From assembly GCA_973895155.1 (NCBI GenBank), contig OZ316896.1, positions 20,588,052-20,652,051 on the forward strand: DNA of 64,000 bases, read 5' to 3'. A program made the position numbers and the translations under genes. The DNA comes from Marsupella aquatica (taxonomy: Eukaryota; Plantae; Marchantiophyta). The notes beneath the pieces are model-generated. The model saw only the letters and a program-made list of their open reading frames with translations, made no database searches and was not told the DNA's origin. Shown here in pieces: positions 12,915-24,800 of the stretch (its first letter is position 1; each line of letters starts with the position of its first letter).

Positions 12915-14360
12915 TGTGTCGGCCAAGATGTCGTTGAGAACAAAAAAGATGTGGTGTCGGCCAAGAGGCCGTTGAGAAAAATGAAGTCATTGAGAAAAAA
13001 GATGTCGCGTTGGCCAAGAGGTCATTGAAAAAAAAGTTGCCATGTCGGCCAAGATGTTGTTGAAAAAAAGATGTTGTGTCGGCAAAGACATCATTCAAAG
13101 AAAGATGTTGTGTCGGCCAAGACATCGTTGAGGGAAAATACCCATACATTGCACAAAAGATGTCGTTAAGAAAAAAGTTGTAAGTTGTGTCGCCCAAAAT
13201 GTCATTAAAATAAAGATATCGTGGCGCCCAAGATATTGTTAAGAAAACAGATGTTGTGGCGCCCAAGATGTCGTGTCCCCCAAGATGTCGCTAAGAGGAA
13301 AACGTTGTGGTGCCCAAAATGCTCTTAAGAGAATTATATGTTGTGTTTTCCAAGAATGATGTTCTTATGTGAAAGATGCCATGAAGTAAAAAGATGTTGT
13401 TAAGAAAAAGAAGTCACTTTGCCAAAGATGGCATGTTGCCCAAAAGGTTATCAAGTAAAAATTGTGTCAAATAGATGTCATGTCGCCAACGATGTTGTTA
13501 TGCCAAAGATGTCATTAAGTATTAAAATGTTGTTAATGTTGAGTATTGCTCTTAGTCTTGTGACTCTAGAGCTAACCACAGTTAGGCTAACTCAAGTTAG
13601 GACTTAGTTGAGGTTAGCAATGATGCATGATGTATATAACCAGGGCTGATGCCAGCCCCTAGTGGATCTTCAGTTCATTGTTGGAGTTGGGCAAGAGAGA
13701 AATAAAGGTTTCTTGCTTTGCCGTGGACGTAGACTCGGTCATGAGGTGAACCACGTACTCGTTGTGTTGACTACTTTGCATGGTGTTCACATGTGCATGG
13801 TGTCTCGGGATAGGGATTATCCCCAACAGTTAAGTGCAAAATGGTCACTAGATAAAGTATGTCATTACTCAAAGATGTTGTGAAGTAAAAGATGTTGTCA
13901 AGTACATCTCGGGCCTGATACCTGTGCATTGCACAAATAATGCGTGTTGAGGTGAGAAAATATATCAAGTTGAGAAAAGATGTCGATAAGAGAAAAACAT
14001 TTCAAGCTGAGAAAAATATGTCAAGGAGCTAGAGAAAATATGGCAAGGTGAGAAAACGATGTCATATTAGAGAAAAACATTCGGAGGTGAGAAAAATATG
14101 TCAAGGAGAGAAAAGATGGCGAGATGAGAAAAAGATGTCATTATGAAGAAAAAATGTTGAGGATGAAGAAAGATGTTGTGGTGAGATAAAGATGGCCAGC
14201 CGGTGAGATAAATATGGCAAAATGAAACAAATATAATATATATGTTGAGGTGAGAACGAGGGTGAGAAAAGATCTCAAGGTGAGGAAAATATGTCAAGAT
14301 CATGAGCAAAGATCTTGAGGTGAGAAGATGTTAATATGAACTAAAGATGTCAAGATGAGA
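12915..14360 (+). repeat. Degenerate tandem arrays inside the Helitron-like element
   Basis: ~34-bp units (AAAAAAGATGTTGTGTCGGCCAAGATGTCGTTGAG) at ~12915-13530 and ~20-bp units (GAGAAAAATATGTCAAGGT) at ~13945-14360. Loosely related reverse-oriented sequence occurs at ~44820-45560 and ~60660-61320. Confidence 0.7.
13537..13828 (-). mobile_element. Solo LTR, family A
   Basis: TGTT...AACA termini with a perfect 5-bp TSD GTTAA. Reverse-complement similarity to 44243-44603 and 60867-61210. Strand is given relative to those copies. Confidence 0.88.
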
Positions 14361-14554
14361 AAATATTTTATGTATATTTTATTTATATTATTTAAAAAAA
14401 ATAGAATTATTTATATATGAACAAATTTAATTAAAATTTGATTAATTTTTTCATTGTAGCAGGTATGGGAAGGTTAAAGGGTAGCTTGGACAGGAACTTA
14501 TTTTTAGAAGGGGTGTATGGATAGATCTGACAGTGGAAAAAATTATGTTTTGAT

Positions 14555-14837
14555 CTCGGGGGTTTCACCTCCACAAAAATATGTGCGACAAAGTATAGGG
14601 TAATTTTATTGGTTCGAAGGGAAGACTTAAAAGAATTTTTTGAGAATAACAATAGGGTCAATTAAATACAGTTTTGAGACTTATAAGAACATTAGGGTCC
14701 TTATAACCAAATTTTGGAATATTCCAAGAATACTTCAACTTTATAGGGGTTGAATTTTTTTTCATACATTTTAGGGGGTCCAAGGCCTGAAAACGTTGGA
14801 GGTGATGGGGAGACATCCATATAGTGAGACCCCTGAG
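14555..14837. mobile_element. MITE with CTCGGGGG termini and 2-bp TSD (CMC/EnSpm-like)
   Basis: TIRs CTCGGGGGTTTCAC...GTGAGACCCCTGAG with TSD AT. Second copy at 55419-55711. Confidence 0.85.
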
Positions 14838-15253
14838 ATTTTGATGAACATTCAAGATTGATTGTCATTTTTTTTAAGTTTGTAAAGGGATAGGATAAGT
14901 ATTATAGTGGTACATGGTAAAGGGAGGTCTCCTTGATACTATTGCATTGCTAGATACCCTCCTTATTTTCTTTGTACTATTAAATTCATTTTTTGCTTGG
15001 AAACATAATTGCTCGCCATTTTCATTCACAAAGGAAATCATTCTTTCATGTTTTTCATTTTTGGGATAATGCAAATTTGAATGACTACTACAAAAAAGTA
15101 ACATTTTATTATAGCTTTTGACATTGTACTTGTCATCTAAGTTATTGTGTTTAATTAACCTATTTTAATTAAATTACTATCATTATTATATTTTGCAATA
15201 TTTATAATAGTTGCAATAATATATAGTATCATATATATATATTATATACTTTT

Positions 15254-15573
15254 ATCAATCTATTCATTAAAAGTGAATTGTTATTTAATTTATGAACATT
15301 TGGATAATAGAAAGTGTACATGTGGCCTTCAAAAAGTGTACAATTAGGCAAGAAATAAAGTTGATGGCCATCAGATGTACCACCATGTTCATTCTTTGTA
15401 AATGAACGAGGATGAGATTTCTTCTAGTCAAGATCATTTTTGTCACCTCAAGTTTACAATTGATCATTTAGGTGTAGAGTATTATACCATAGTGTACCTT
15501 TTGGGTTTAAAAAGTGAACATTTAGAGGCCTAAAAGTGAACAAAATAAATACACTTTTAATGAATAGGGTAAT
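15254..15573. mobile_element. MITE inserted at a TTTT target
   Basis: Imperfect TIR ATCAATCTATTCATTAAAAGTG...CACTTTTAATGAATAGGGTAAT flanked by TTTT. Second copy at 61658-62016. Confidence 0.8.
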
Positions 15574-18500
15574 TTTTGTATTTAATGTGTATGGATCAAG
15601 AATCTCCTTGATACTCATGCATGTACATTCTCTCTGTTGTTTTCTGTGCCCCATTGGCTCGAGCATTGGCTCACTCCTTTTGTGTTTCCCATTTGATTTC
15701 CCTCTTGTTTGGAATGTATTTATTACTTCTTTGGTTCACACAAAATTTAATATAACCTTTATTTCTTCTCTTTGACATGATTAATGTTTTTTGGACCAAA
15801 TTTGAATGATGACTGCTTCATAAAAAGGCGCCACCTTGCATTATAGTTTAGTATATTATCCATATACTGTTTTTTGTTTTGTTTTTGCCTTATTTTACAT
15901 ATACTATTTTTTGTTTTTTGCCTTTTTGCAGCTATGGTAGTTGAAGGAGAGCTTATTTCACTGACCATAATTCTTCAACAAATTATGTAGTGGTAACACT
16001 CAACCAAAAGCAACCTTGACAATAGAGGCTAGCTTTTAAGGCTAGATTTCCTCCTGTTTCCAAGAAATGTTGCTCTAGCAGATTACATACTCCATTGTCA
16101 CCCAAAATATCTGCCCTCTGTACTCTCTTTTTGCTTTGTTAAACCAGAGTTTTAACTTATTACTAATGGGCATCTGCTGTTCTGGTATGACCAGAAATTG
16201 AGGAGTGCCAGTGGTAGTTCATCAATAGTGAACAGTGGGCTGTTTATTCTAATTTTTGCAACCTGGGCTAGTTAAGTGCAGCAACAGACGTGCAGCAAGT
16301 GTATTTGGAGAGTTTAAAAATAAGACAAGGTTAAAATGTCAATGAGCTATAATAGGGTGGTATTTGGGAGTTTTTCTGATTAAAAATAGACATAAATATT
16401 AGGAAAAAAACCAATGGGAGGGAGAAAAATTATAACACCAGGTTCCTGAGCCATTCCAGGAAAATAAGGCCACCTTTTTGGATTTTTGGGCAGCATTTTT
16501 AAAGTGCCAAAAGTAGCCAATTTTGCCCCAACATAAAATATGTGCCACTTTTGGTATAAATTAGCCCAACTTTAATTTTTGCACAGATCCCATTGGCAGA
16601 GAATATCATACAGTTATCCTTAAATCTAGGGAGATCCAAGAAAACTGATGCTTCCATGTACCTCAAGGTTGGACTTTTGAAACCCCCATGAGCCACATTT
16701 CCCAAAATTTGAATTTAAATGTTAATAAATCTGATCATAAATTCAAATAGTTTTTAGTTTTGAGGGTGTGCTAGAGCAGTAGGTGAGTTCCATTTCCATC
16801 AAAGTGACAGTGAGTTTTTTGGCCATTTTTATAGAATTATTTATCATGGAATGTAGAGGGGTAAATTCTATAAGATTTTTTTTCATTACATTAATATGAA
16901 ATATTAGGGCTTGTCTTTTTTCATATCAGATTCTACTCCTTCTCTAGTTGTCATGCGGGTGAAAAACTATATCTTAAGATCATAATCATCAAATTATAAG
17001 TACAAAATTCACATGGAACACCAACATGGAAGGTTCATCCGGCCTTCACTTTCCCATGGATCGAGATACTTGGAAATGTTGTGACTGCGATGGTATGAGT
17101 TAAACCTCACTATATCAGACAGTGTAAGAGGAGGAAAACAGCAGCCAAGGTCATTTGGGTCCAGTTTCTTTCAATTTGACAGAGTTTTAGGTCGGGCCTC
17201 CTTGTTTACGAGAAAGCTAGGACCTCCATGTTTAAACCACCACTGGCCAGAAAAAGGATAAATGTCCATGTCTTCTCCCTTTTTCAAATTACTCTCCTCT
17301 ACAGTGAGACTTTGCTCCACAATTTTTGGAAAATGTACGTACGAAAATGGTGAAATATGGTGTAACCAGGTTTTTTTCATGGGTCTTTAAGAGAAGTTCA
17401 CTGCTTTTGCAAGGTGGAGGCACTCAAAGATGGAACGCCCCAAAACTAATCCAAAACTTCAATCTATTCGTGAAGAGGTGAGCTCTAATCGTCTACAGTA
17501 GGTCTCTTATCAGGGTTACATGTCCATTCCCAACGCATCGGAATGCTACAGCATAAAAGCTCTTTCATCAGCTAGATTCGCAGGTAGCGACTAATGAGCA
17601 TGAGAGAAGAATTGTATGCTCAATCAGGCTTGAGGTGGCTATTAAAGGCACCTCCCACTGCTTTGGTGGGAGCTCTTTACTTTGAGGACCACCAGGATTA
17701 CTTTAGGATCATGTGTACTTAAACGAAACAGTTCTTCACCTTTCTTGAAACAGTTCTTCACCTTTCTGATGGACTTGGTGGGACCGACGATGATAGTGGA
17801 GGAATCTGGGGATAAGTAATATACATTAGTGATTGCGCTTGAAGCAAAAGCTTTGAAGCTGGACAATTTCGAACAGCGACAGGTAGTACCGATGTAGTGA
17901 AATCCTCTTGGATTGTCATTATCATCGCCAAAGGAAGGTTGTATCCATGTTCTAAGAGCTTACAGGCGTCCAGCAAGTTTTGAAAGTACTAACTGTTAAA
18001 TTACAACACATGTCTTTATCCTGCAGGCTAAGTTTACGTCATTTTGTGGACCAGGGATCTCAACAAACATCTGTAACTTATACTTTCACTGATCATTCAA
18101 AGGTATCATACAATATGTTCTAGCCAGTATTTGAGGTTCAGTTTTACTGACATTTTTGCTTCTCAGCCAAGCTTGAAATTTGGGTCCTCGTGATAGTTTT
18201 TTATGCTTTGTCTTCAGTGATACGTAAGGTTAGCAAGCACAGACCAGAGATCTGAATACTAATAATCCTGACCTGAGGTGTCCAACATGTCGTCTTGCAG
18301 CAGCAGGGAGTGGAACATACATCTATGAGGTCGCCTTAGTTGCTGATGGTGGTCCACACGGGGGTCCACAAGCTGCAACGCCAGCTGCGTCCTGAAAACA
18401 GCAGAGATTAGGAACGAAAAACTGCAACGGATGGGCACGTATTTGCAGAAGTTTGATGTCTCACGCTTTTATTCGTTTCGTAAGCAGAATCTGAAAGGTT

Positions 18501-19138
18501 TTGTGTGTTCTTTTATTGCCCGTAGTATCACTTGTAGTAGTATGAAGATGCTCGTTGTAATTGGGACTCTCCAAAATTAGTGCTTGGACAGTACCTCTGA
18601 TATTTATTTGGTGGAAGGATGTTTCGTCTTTATAGTTTGGCTGCTTCTGATCTTCTTAATTTTGCTGGAACCTGAATTAATCTTCCAGACGGAACCTTTG
18701 CAAATTAATTCTGGAACAGAACGCAAAATAATTAACCAAATATATTGAGCAGGCTATCACAGTTGCAAAAAGCTCTGACTCCTACAAACGTGATCAACTT
18801 AGAGGAGAGGTGGACGCAAAATCTGAAGAGTCGTCCACTAAAATACACGGACCTCCATAGTCAAGACACCACTTACATCAGTAAACGCAAAATTAATCTT
18901 CCAGACGGAACCTCTTGACTTACCCTGGTAGACAGTGATGACGCATGTCTAAGTAAAGAACAACGCTCAACGTGAGATATACAACCGGAATTTTAAGAAG
19001 TTGGGTATAAGGCTCCTAAGCCCAACACGCTGGTATTTTTTTGCACCAGTGTGCGCACTGTAAGTTTACATAATTTCATCTCAACATCCAGGGTAAGTCT
19101 TCTCCACGAGCTGGTTGTAAGTAATATAAAGCAATTCT

Positions 19139-19378
19139 TGTTAGAACAGTATTACTCGTAAGCTGTATTACGTATTAGCCGCTGGCTGCTGCGGCTCCTA
19201 GTCTCTTTGTGCCGTTGCTCCCTTGTCGCTTATGCGCAACTCACGGCAGACAGATTAGCTGTTGATCTTAGGTTAGTCTGCTGGTCCGTTGATCCTCCCC
19301 TTTTCCCGGTTGCTCCAGCCTCTACTTAACCTGGCCTCCGGTGCGTCTTCCTCAGTACAACAGTGATAGATTCTAACA
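19139..19378. mobile_element. Solo LTR, family B, upstream of NLR2
   Basis: TGTTAGAA...TTCTAACA termini, perfect 5-bp TSD ATTCT, and absent at the paralogous site (~996-1000). Confidence 0.9.
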
Positions 19379-20654
19379 ATTCTGTCTCAGCTCCTTAGAC
19401 AGATGAGCCTCTAAGCCTCCCAATAGTTTAACACACAACATCGTCATCCAACAGATGACCACGGATGAAATCGGAATGCACAAGAAAAATGGGCCAAGGT
19501 GAAAAGTAATTCATCTGTTGACTTCCACAGCGAACGTCTCGTGGGTATTCCATTCGAGAGCATCAGTAAAAAGAAGTGAAGTAAATGACCAATGAACTCT
19601 TTCTATCAAACGGGAAACGAAACAGGACTGGAAACGGGGGGGAAGGAAAAAAATTGACGGACTTACGAGAAAAAGTAGACAAAAGTTGTCATGGGTCTCG
19701 AAGATTATCGGGGAACGCAGCTAGTCTCTATAACACACTGACGTTACGAGATACAATAGACAAAAATTATACTGGGTCTCGAAGTTTGGCACCGGGAACG
19801 GAGCTAGCTGATATTGTCAAAGTCCTTCCTTCGATTGCCGAGCGCTCCGGGCCTTCGTTCTCATGTATCTAGTCGAGCAGGTTCACAGTTGCAGCGCTCG
19901 GGCTATCCCCTTTGGTCTCAACATTCCGCGTAAAACCTTTTACACTAGCTGGAAGTATATATATATTCCGGAGCTCGGGAAAGGAAAGTCTTGAATGAAT
20001 GGGTACGTTATATTGATTACCAAATGGGTGAATGACGACCTTCCCAGAAATTAAGCTACAAAGAGTGCCGCTTCAGATCGAGACCGCGTTAGAGGACCTT
20101 TACGTACAGGAGCTGCGAATGTCCCCCCTGTAGCCGAATTCTGTGGGTTACTTAACGCTTAAAAAACACTTCAGCCGGCTCGAAATTGTTAAAAAAACAC
20201 TTTAAGCACGGGCCTGAGCATCCCGTTGTCACGTCTTACTTATCTGTTTTCTCCGCAGTAGGAGATGGATGCCCAGGCCCGTGCCCAGGAGAGAGCACAC
20301 CGGGTGTGTTACTTAACGCTTAAAAAATGCGGCTCCGAGGAGATCGGAGATTGGATTCGTTGATCAGGACGGACGGCATGCATTCTTGTAATTTACTTTT
20401 CCGGCTTTTGTGAAGAACATTCTACTGTCTTGTCAGAGTCCCCTTGAGTCGCTCATGCCGGGATATTTAGTCGTTCCTATATATGGGGCTCCTCCTGCCG
20501 CTAGACTTGCATCAAATCAATTGCTTGTGGTAAACCAGGAGTCCGAGATGTGCCTACTGATGGTGCTTGATTTCCTGTGCCAACATGCTCCAGCCGTTTG
20601 GCCGGGAAGGGAAGCCTTCTTCCTGATCGTGAAACTACAGTAAGGTCCAAGCCA

Positions 20655-21510
20655 ATGCAGCAACCGGTCGCCGAAAGCATTGGTGGGGCTCAGAATGAAA
20701 TTGAAGAGACGAAGCCGACGCTGCTGCCGGCCACCGGCAAAGTTGAGGAAGCCGAGGCCTCTACGGGAAGGCAGCAAATTTTACCGTCGGACACGATGTC
20801 CACAGATTTTGAAGAGATTTGTAACCTTCTGAAACTCAACCGGCTCGGAGATGTTGACGAGCTGCAGGAGGTTTTGAAAGTTATCGAGAAGGTGCGTACG
20901 TGAATGACAATTTAATTTACAGTCTGATCAGTTTCTGCCTCTCTCCAGATCTCGTTTTCCGTTAGTGGTGACTGTGTCAATGACTGAAGTCCTGTAATGC
21001 CCGGGAATGAGTCAGTCGTGACAGGCACTAACACTCCCTCAATATAGAAAGTATTGAATCGACAGGGAAGAAATTGTCCATCCGAACAAGCTCAAAATAA
21101 ACTGACCGGTGACATTAAAAAGTTCTTATGTTTCGCCGAAGAGTCTTCTTTTGTCCAATCGAAGGTCATTGCTACAGAAATGCTCAAAAACTGACCGTGA
21201 ATGTCTCCGTTAATCTCTGTCCTGAAGAAGAAACCTCCGATTTTGGCTGCCATTTGGACCGCAGGGAATTCAAGAAGCTTACGAGGAAGCGCAGTTAAAA
21301 AAAGTAAACAAGAAGTGGTGGGGGAAAAGAGTGAAGAAAGAACAAAGCGAGTTGATGAGCAAAGTGATAATTGCAAGTACCAACGATACAGACAAAGTCG
21401 AAAAAGCCATCAAAGGAGACAGCAAACTGCTGTGCAAAGTGACTGGCATCGTGAACGATACAGAGATAATGCTGCAAAAATTCAGCGAGATCGGCTATAA
21501 GCCGAGTTTG
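20655..21510 (+). pseudogene. Degenerate upstream exons possibly belonging to NLR2
   Basis: Exon-like segments 20655-20891 (MQQPVAES...LKVIEK|GT) and ~21048-21510 (ending KPSL|GT). The second is broken by stops and frameshifts. Linkage to NLR2 is an inference. Confidence 0.4.
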
Positions 21511-21857
21511 GTAATTACTTTCTTTGGGTTCTTGATTTTGTTTTCTCTTCCTCTGAGCTTCAGCTTTAGATCACAATGCCTGGTGTATGGAATGACAGAT
21601 CATTTGAAGCCTGGACTAGAAATCATGGATTATCTGCCTGTGGAAATGCTCAAAGCATCCCTTCACTCCTTGTTCAGCCAATAGATCGACAACACTGATC
21701 ATTGTTCACGGGAATGACTCGGGCATCAATTCACAGCATTTCATGTACCCCCAGAGGAAGCTCCCAAGCTCTCTAAAGCTAGATTTCTGGCATCCAGTCA
21801 ACAAGAGCTCTCCAGCCACTAACTATCTGTGTTCTGGAATGACAGACTTCTGGAAAC

Positions 21858-24800
21858 ATGGTAGCACGTGAATCATATACTCTACTACAACAATGTCTGA
21901 GCGGAATTGGAAACGTGCACTATGCTGCTGTAGCGCTTTCAATGGTTGCATATGTTTTAGAGCGAGTAAATCTGGTCAGCGACAATTCTGGAAATTGCTT
22001 GGCTCTTTTGGAAAGCATGTTAGAGCTTGGGAAGTGTATGGTCAAAGCGTATCCATTTCTCCCAGAAGATAGTGACCTGCTACAGAAGGTTCTCATAGCG
22101 ACAATCAAGGGGGTCTCCTTCTGTTGTAAATACACAAAGAGTGGCGCCTTGATAAGGTATCCGGATATGTGTTAACCCGCTTTTAGCATTAAAGCTCGTG
22201 CATTCTAGGGCAAATATTTTCTTGGAAGCTGGATTTTTGCCAAGGTCATTGTGGATTTGTATGGATTTAATTGATTCTTCAAGCGAAATCTAATGGTTTT
22301 CATTGTTTGTCTTGGACTGCCAGATTTGGCCTTGCAACTGTAAATAAGGAGCAATTTGATGCTCTCTCTAAGAAAATGAAAGAATTGTCTGAGCAGTTTA
22401 CAAATGCAAGTCTGGTAGCTCTTCTCAAGAGCATGGAGAGGACCGAGATGTCTGTTCAAGTGGTTCAAGTGAGCCAGACGTCTCTCAGTAACCAAGTGAC
22501 AGAGTGGTCTAAGCAGGTTCCAACAATATTGCCAAGTACTCCTGTGGCTCCACTGGAGGGTGAGACGTCTCTTAGCAAGAATATGACACAGTGTGAGTTG
22601 CGGGAAAACCCAATAATGGACTCTTTCGAACGTGAGCACAACACCAACACAGGTATGTCAAGCTTAGCATATCGGAAAAGCCTGCTTGAATTGAGATCGA
22701 CGTTATGCGTTATTTCTTTTGCAGATAGCTGAGCTCCCTATTGCTCAATTACTTTTTAGTTATCTTGTAGTGTCTGGACTGTACACATTATTTTAGGTGA
22801 TTTGTTTTCCCATCTAGAGCAACCCCTCATAATTCTTGTACTAGTGTGTCTCTTGACTTGCCCCTCAACTGTACTTGGACTTGAAGAGAAGGTGAATGCT
22901 ATCTTGGGGTTCTAGACAAAGGCTGGACTTAGCAAGTGTGTGTTCTCGCCTTGCAGGGTATGGATTACCAGAGGTGTCTGCCCAAGAGACAGAGTATTCC
23001 AATCTTGTGGTAGCAGACAGCTGTTCAGTCTCTAAATTGGTGAGTGAAGTTGCCAAGAGGATCTCGGCCCTGAAGGACCTCCTTTCAAACATTGCCAGAA
23101 TCTCTCTTGTAAAAGCGCGAGATTCATCTGAGACAAGCACTTTCTCATATTTCCAGGGTCATTTGACCCATCATGTATCATCAGTTAAGCTAGCACTTTT
23201 TATGGGCTTTATCAATAGTTACCTTTTTTCCTTCCCAATTTCAAAACATCTTGACCACTCCAATTCTTGGAACTGCAGGAGAAAGCAAGGATAGAAAACA
23301 AAACTTCTGTGGGAGGTGCTCGCCCTCAAAACTTCCAGCGTCTACCCCAGCACATGACTGACATGCACGGTGAAGAAGAAAAAATCCTAAGCAAGCTGGA
23401 AAGTGTGACAACACTAGGCTTGGTTGGCATGGGAGGACTAGGGAAGACCACGCGAGCAAAGGCGATCTTCAACATTTTGGGGCCCAAGTTTGATTATACT
23501 TGCTTTGTTTCAGACGTGAAACTTATCAAAGGGAGGGAGGATGATGTGAAGGAAGAGTTGTGGAAATGTTTGCATTTCCAAGGCAAGAAGGTTGGAGGAG
23601 AACGCAATTTGTCTATCTTGAGGGGTAAACAGTTGCTCCTGGCTTTGGATGACGTCTCTGATCGTGATATTAATGTTTTACTTGACTTAGCTGAAGATAC
23701 AGATCCAGCAAGCCGCTTCATTTGGACGTCTCGTGAGCATGACATTTTGAAGGACGTGGGCGCAATTCACGAGGTCCATTTCATGGCTGAGAACCATGCT
23801 AAATTGTTATTCATGAAGCATGCGTTTCCAGAGCCAACAATGCTAGATGTGGAGCTGGAAATTCTTGTTGAAGACGTTGTCAGGAAATGCGATGGGCTGC
23901 CTCTAGCCCTAGAGGTCGTGGGGAAGTACCTACGGGGGAAAGAGAAGCACGAGGTCTGGAAAGATACTCTAAGTGTGTTACAGAGAGCAGAAAAAGTGAA
24001 AAACTTGAACGACAGATTATCGGCGAAGTTGAGGCTGAGTTTTGACAGCCTTGGAGAGAAGGAGCAGGAGATTTTTTTGGATGCCACAAACTTCTTTTGT
24101 GAGAGCTGGGTCTGGACATTGGGTAAAGCCAAACTGGCATGGAGAGCAGCTTATGGAGAGGTGAGTGAGTTACTGTGGCAAACCTTGGTAGACACGTCTC
24201 TTGTCTATGATGTGGGAGAGGATGACTATATCAAGGTGCATGAGCAACTCCGAAGTGTTGGAAGAATGATTGCATCTGAGCCTGAGCACAACGGCAAGTA
24301 CCAGGTTTGGATGTGCAATAGAAATGGGGAAGTTGAGTTGCTTGGAACATCAGATGCATCGCATGGAAAGGTATTTAATTAAAACATCTTAGTTTGCAAT
24401 TCGCATCCATTAGCCAAGATTCCAAGTAAACATTTGCAAAAGTTTACATTTGAACTGGGTCAATTTTTGGCAAAGGGTTTGTTGAAGTGGGAATGAGTGC
24501 CATGTGTGGCTCTTTTCCTTCTTTTCTTTGGGCCCCCAGTCGTGTCATGTAAGGTGGGTGCAAGCACCTCCGATGGAAAAATGCTAACCTAGGAAGCATC
24601 TGGGCAGACGTGTTTGGGTGGTTCAATAAATCTGAGGATGAGCCACAGAAGGCGAGTTTGTTTCAATTGCTGATCCATCTTCACCCAAAAGTTGCGGTAG
24701 TGTTAACCTAAAGGTTTTTTTCATTTGGAATTGCAGGAAGTTCGTGCCCTGCAGGTCCACCATGAGAATGGGGTTATTCAGGTCCAGAGTTCAAGAATGG

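Larger units (their letters stand above)
12881..15855 (-). mobile_element. Non-autonomous Helitron-like insertion
   Basis: Absent from unit 2, where the empty site reads GTTGTTGTATATTATAC at ~31156-31172. Left end reads A|CTAG followed by CCCGTGCTTTGC, i.e. a reverse-strand 3' CTAG with a degenerate subterminal hairpin. No TIR and no clear TSD. The interior contains degenerate tandem arrays. Confidence 0.65.
1..18378 (+). repeat. Tandem segmental duplication, unit 1 (NLR locus plus flanks)
   Basis: Position 1 CGCCAGCTGCGTCCTGAAAGCAGCAGAGAT recurs at 18379. Colinear matches: ~284-2420 with ~18409-20327, ~5395-11628 with ~23262-29409, ~12390-12880 with ~30678-31165, and ~16228-16864 with ~61510-62546. 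The unit may start upstream of the window. Confidence 0.9.

Noticed and set aside
12915-13530. Regularly spaced repeats resembling a CRISPR array
   Set aside because: The units are degenerate and contiguous with no unique spacers, there are no cas genes, and the context is eukaryotic.
16900-18378. Possible exon fragments (e.g. MERPKTNPKLQSIREE followed by GT)
   Set aside because: No consistent gene model or domain could be built.
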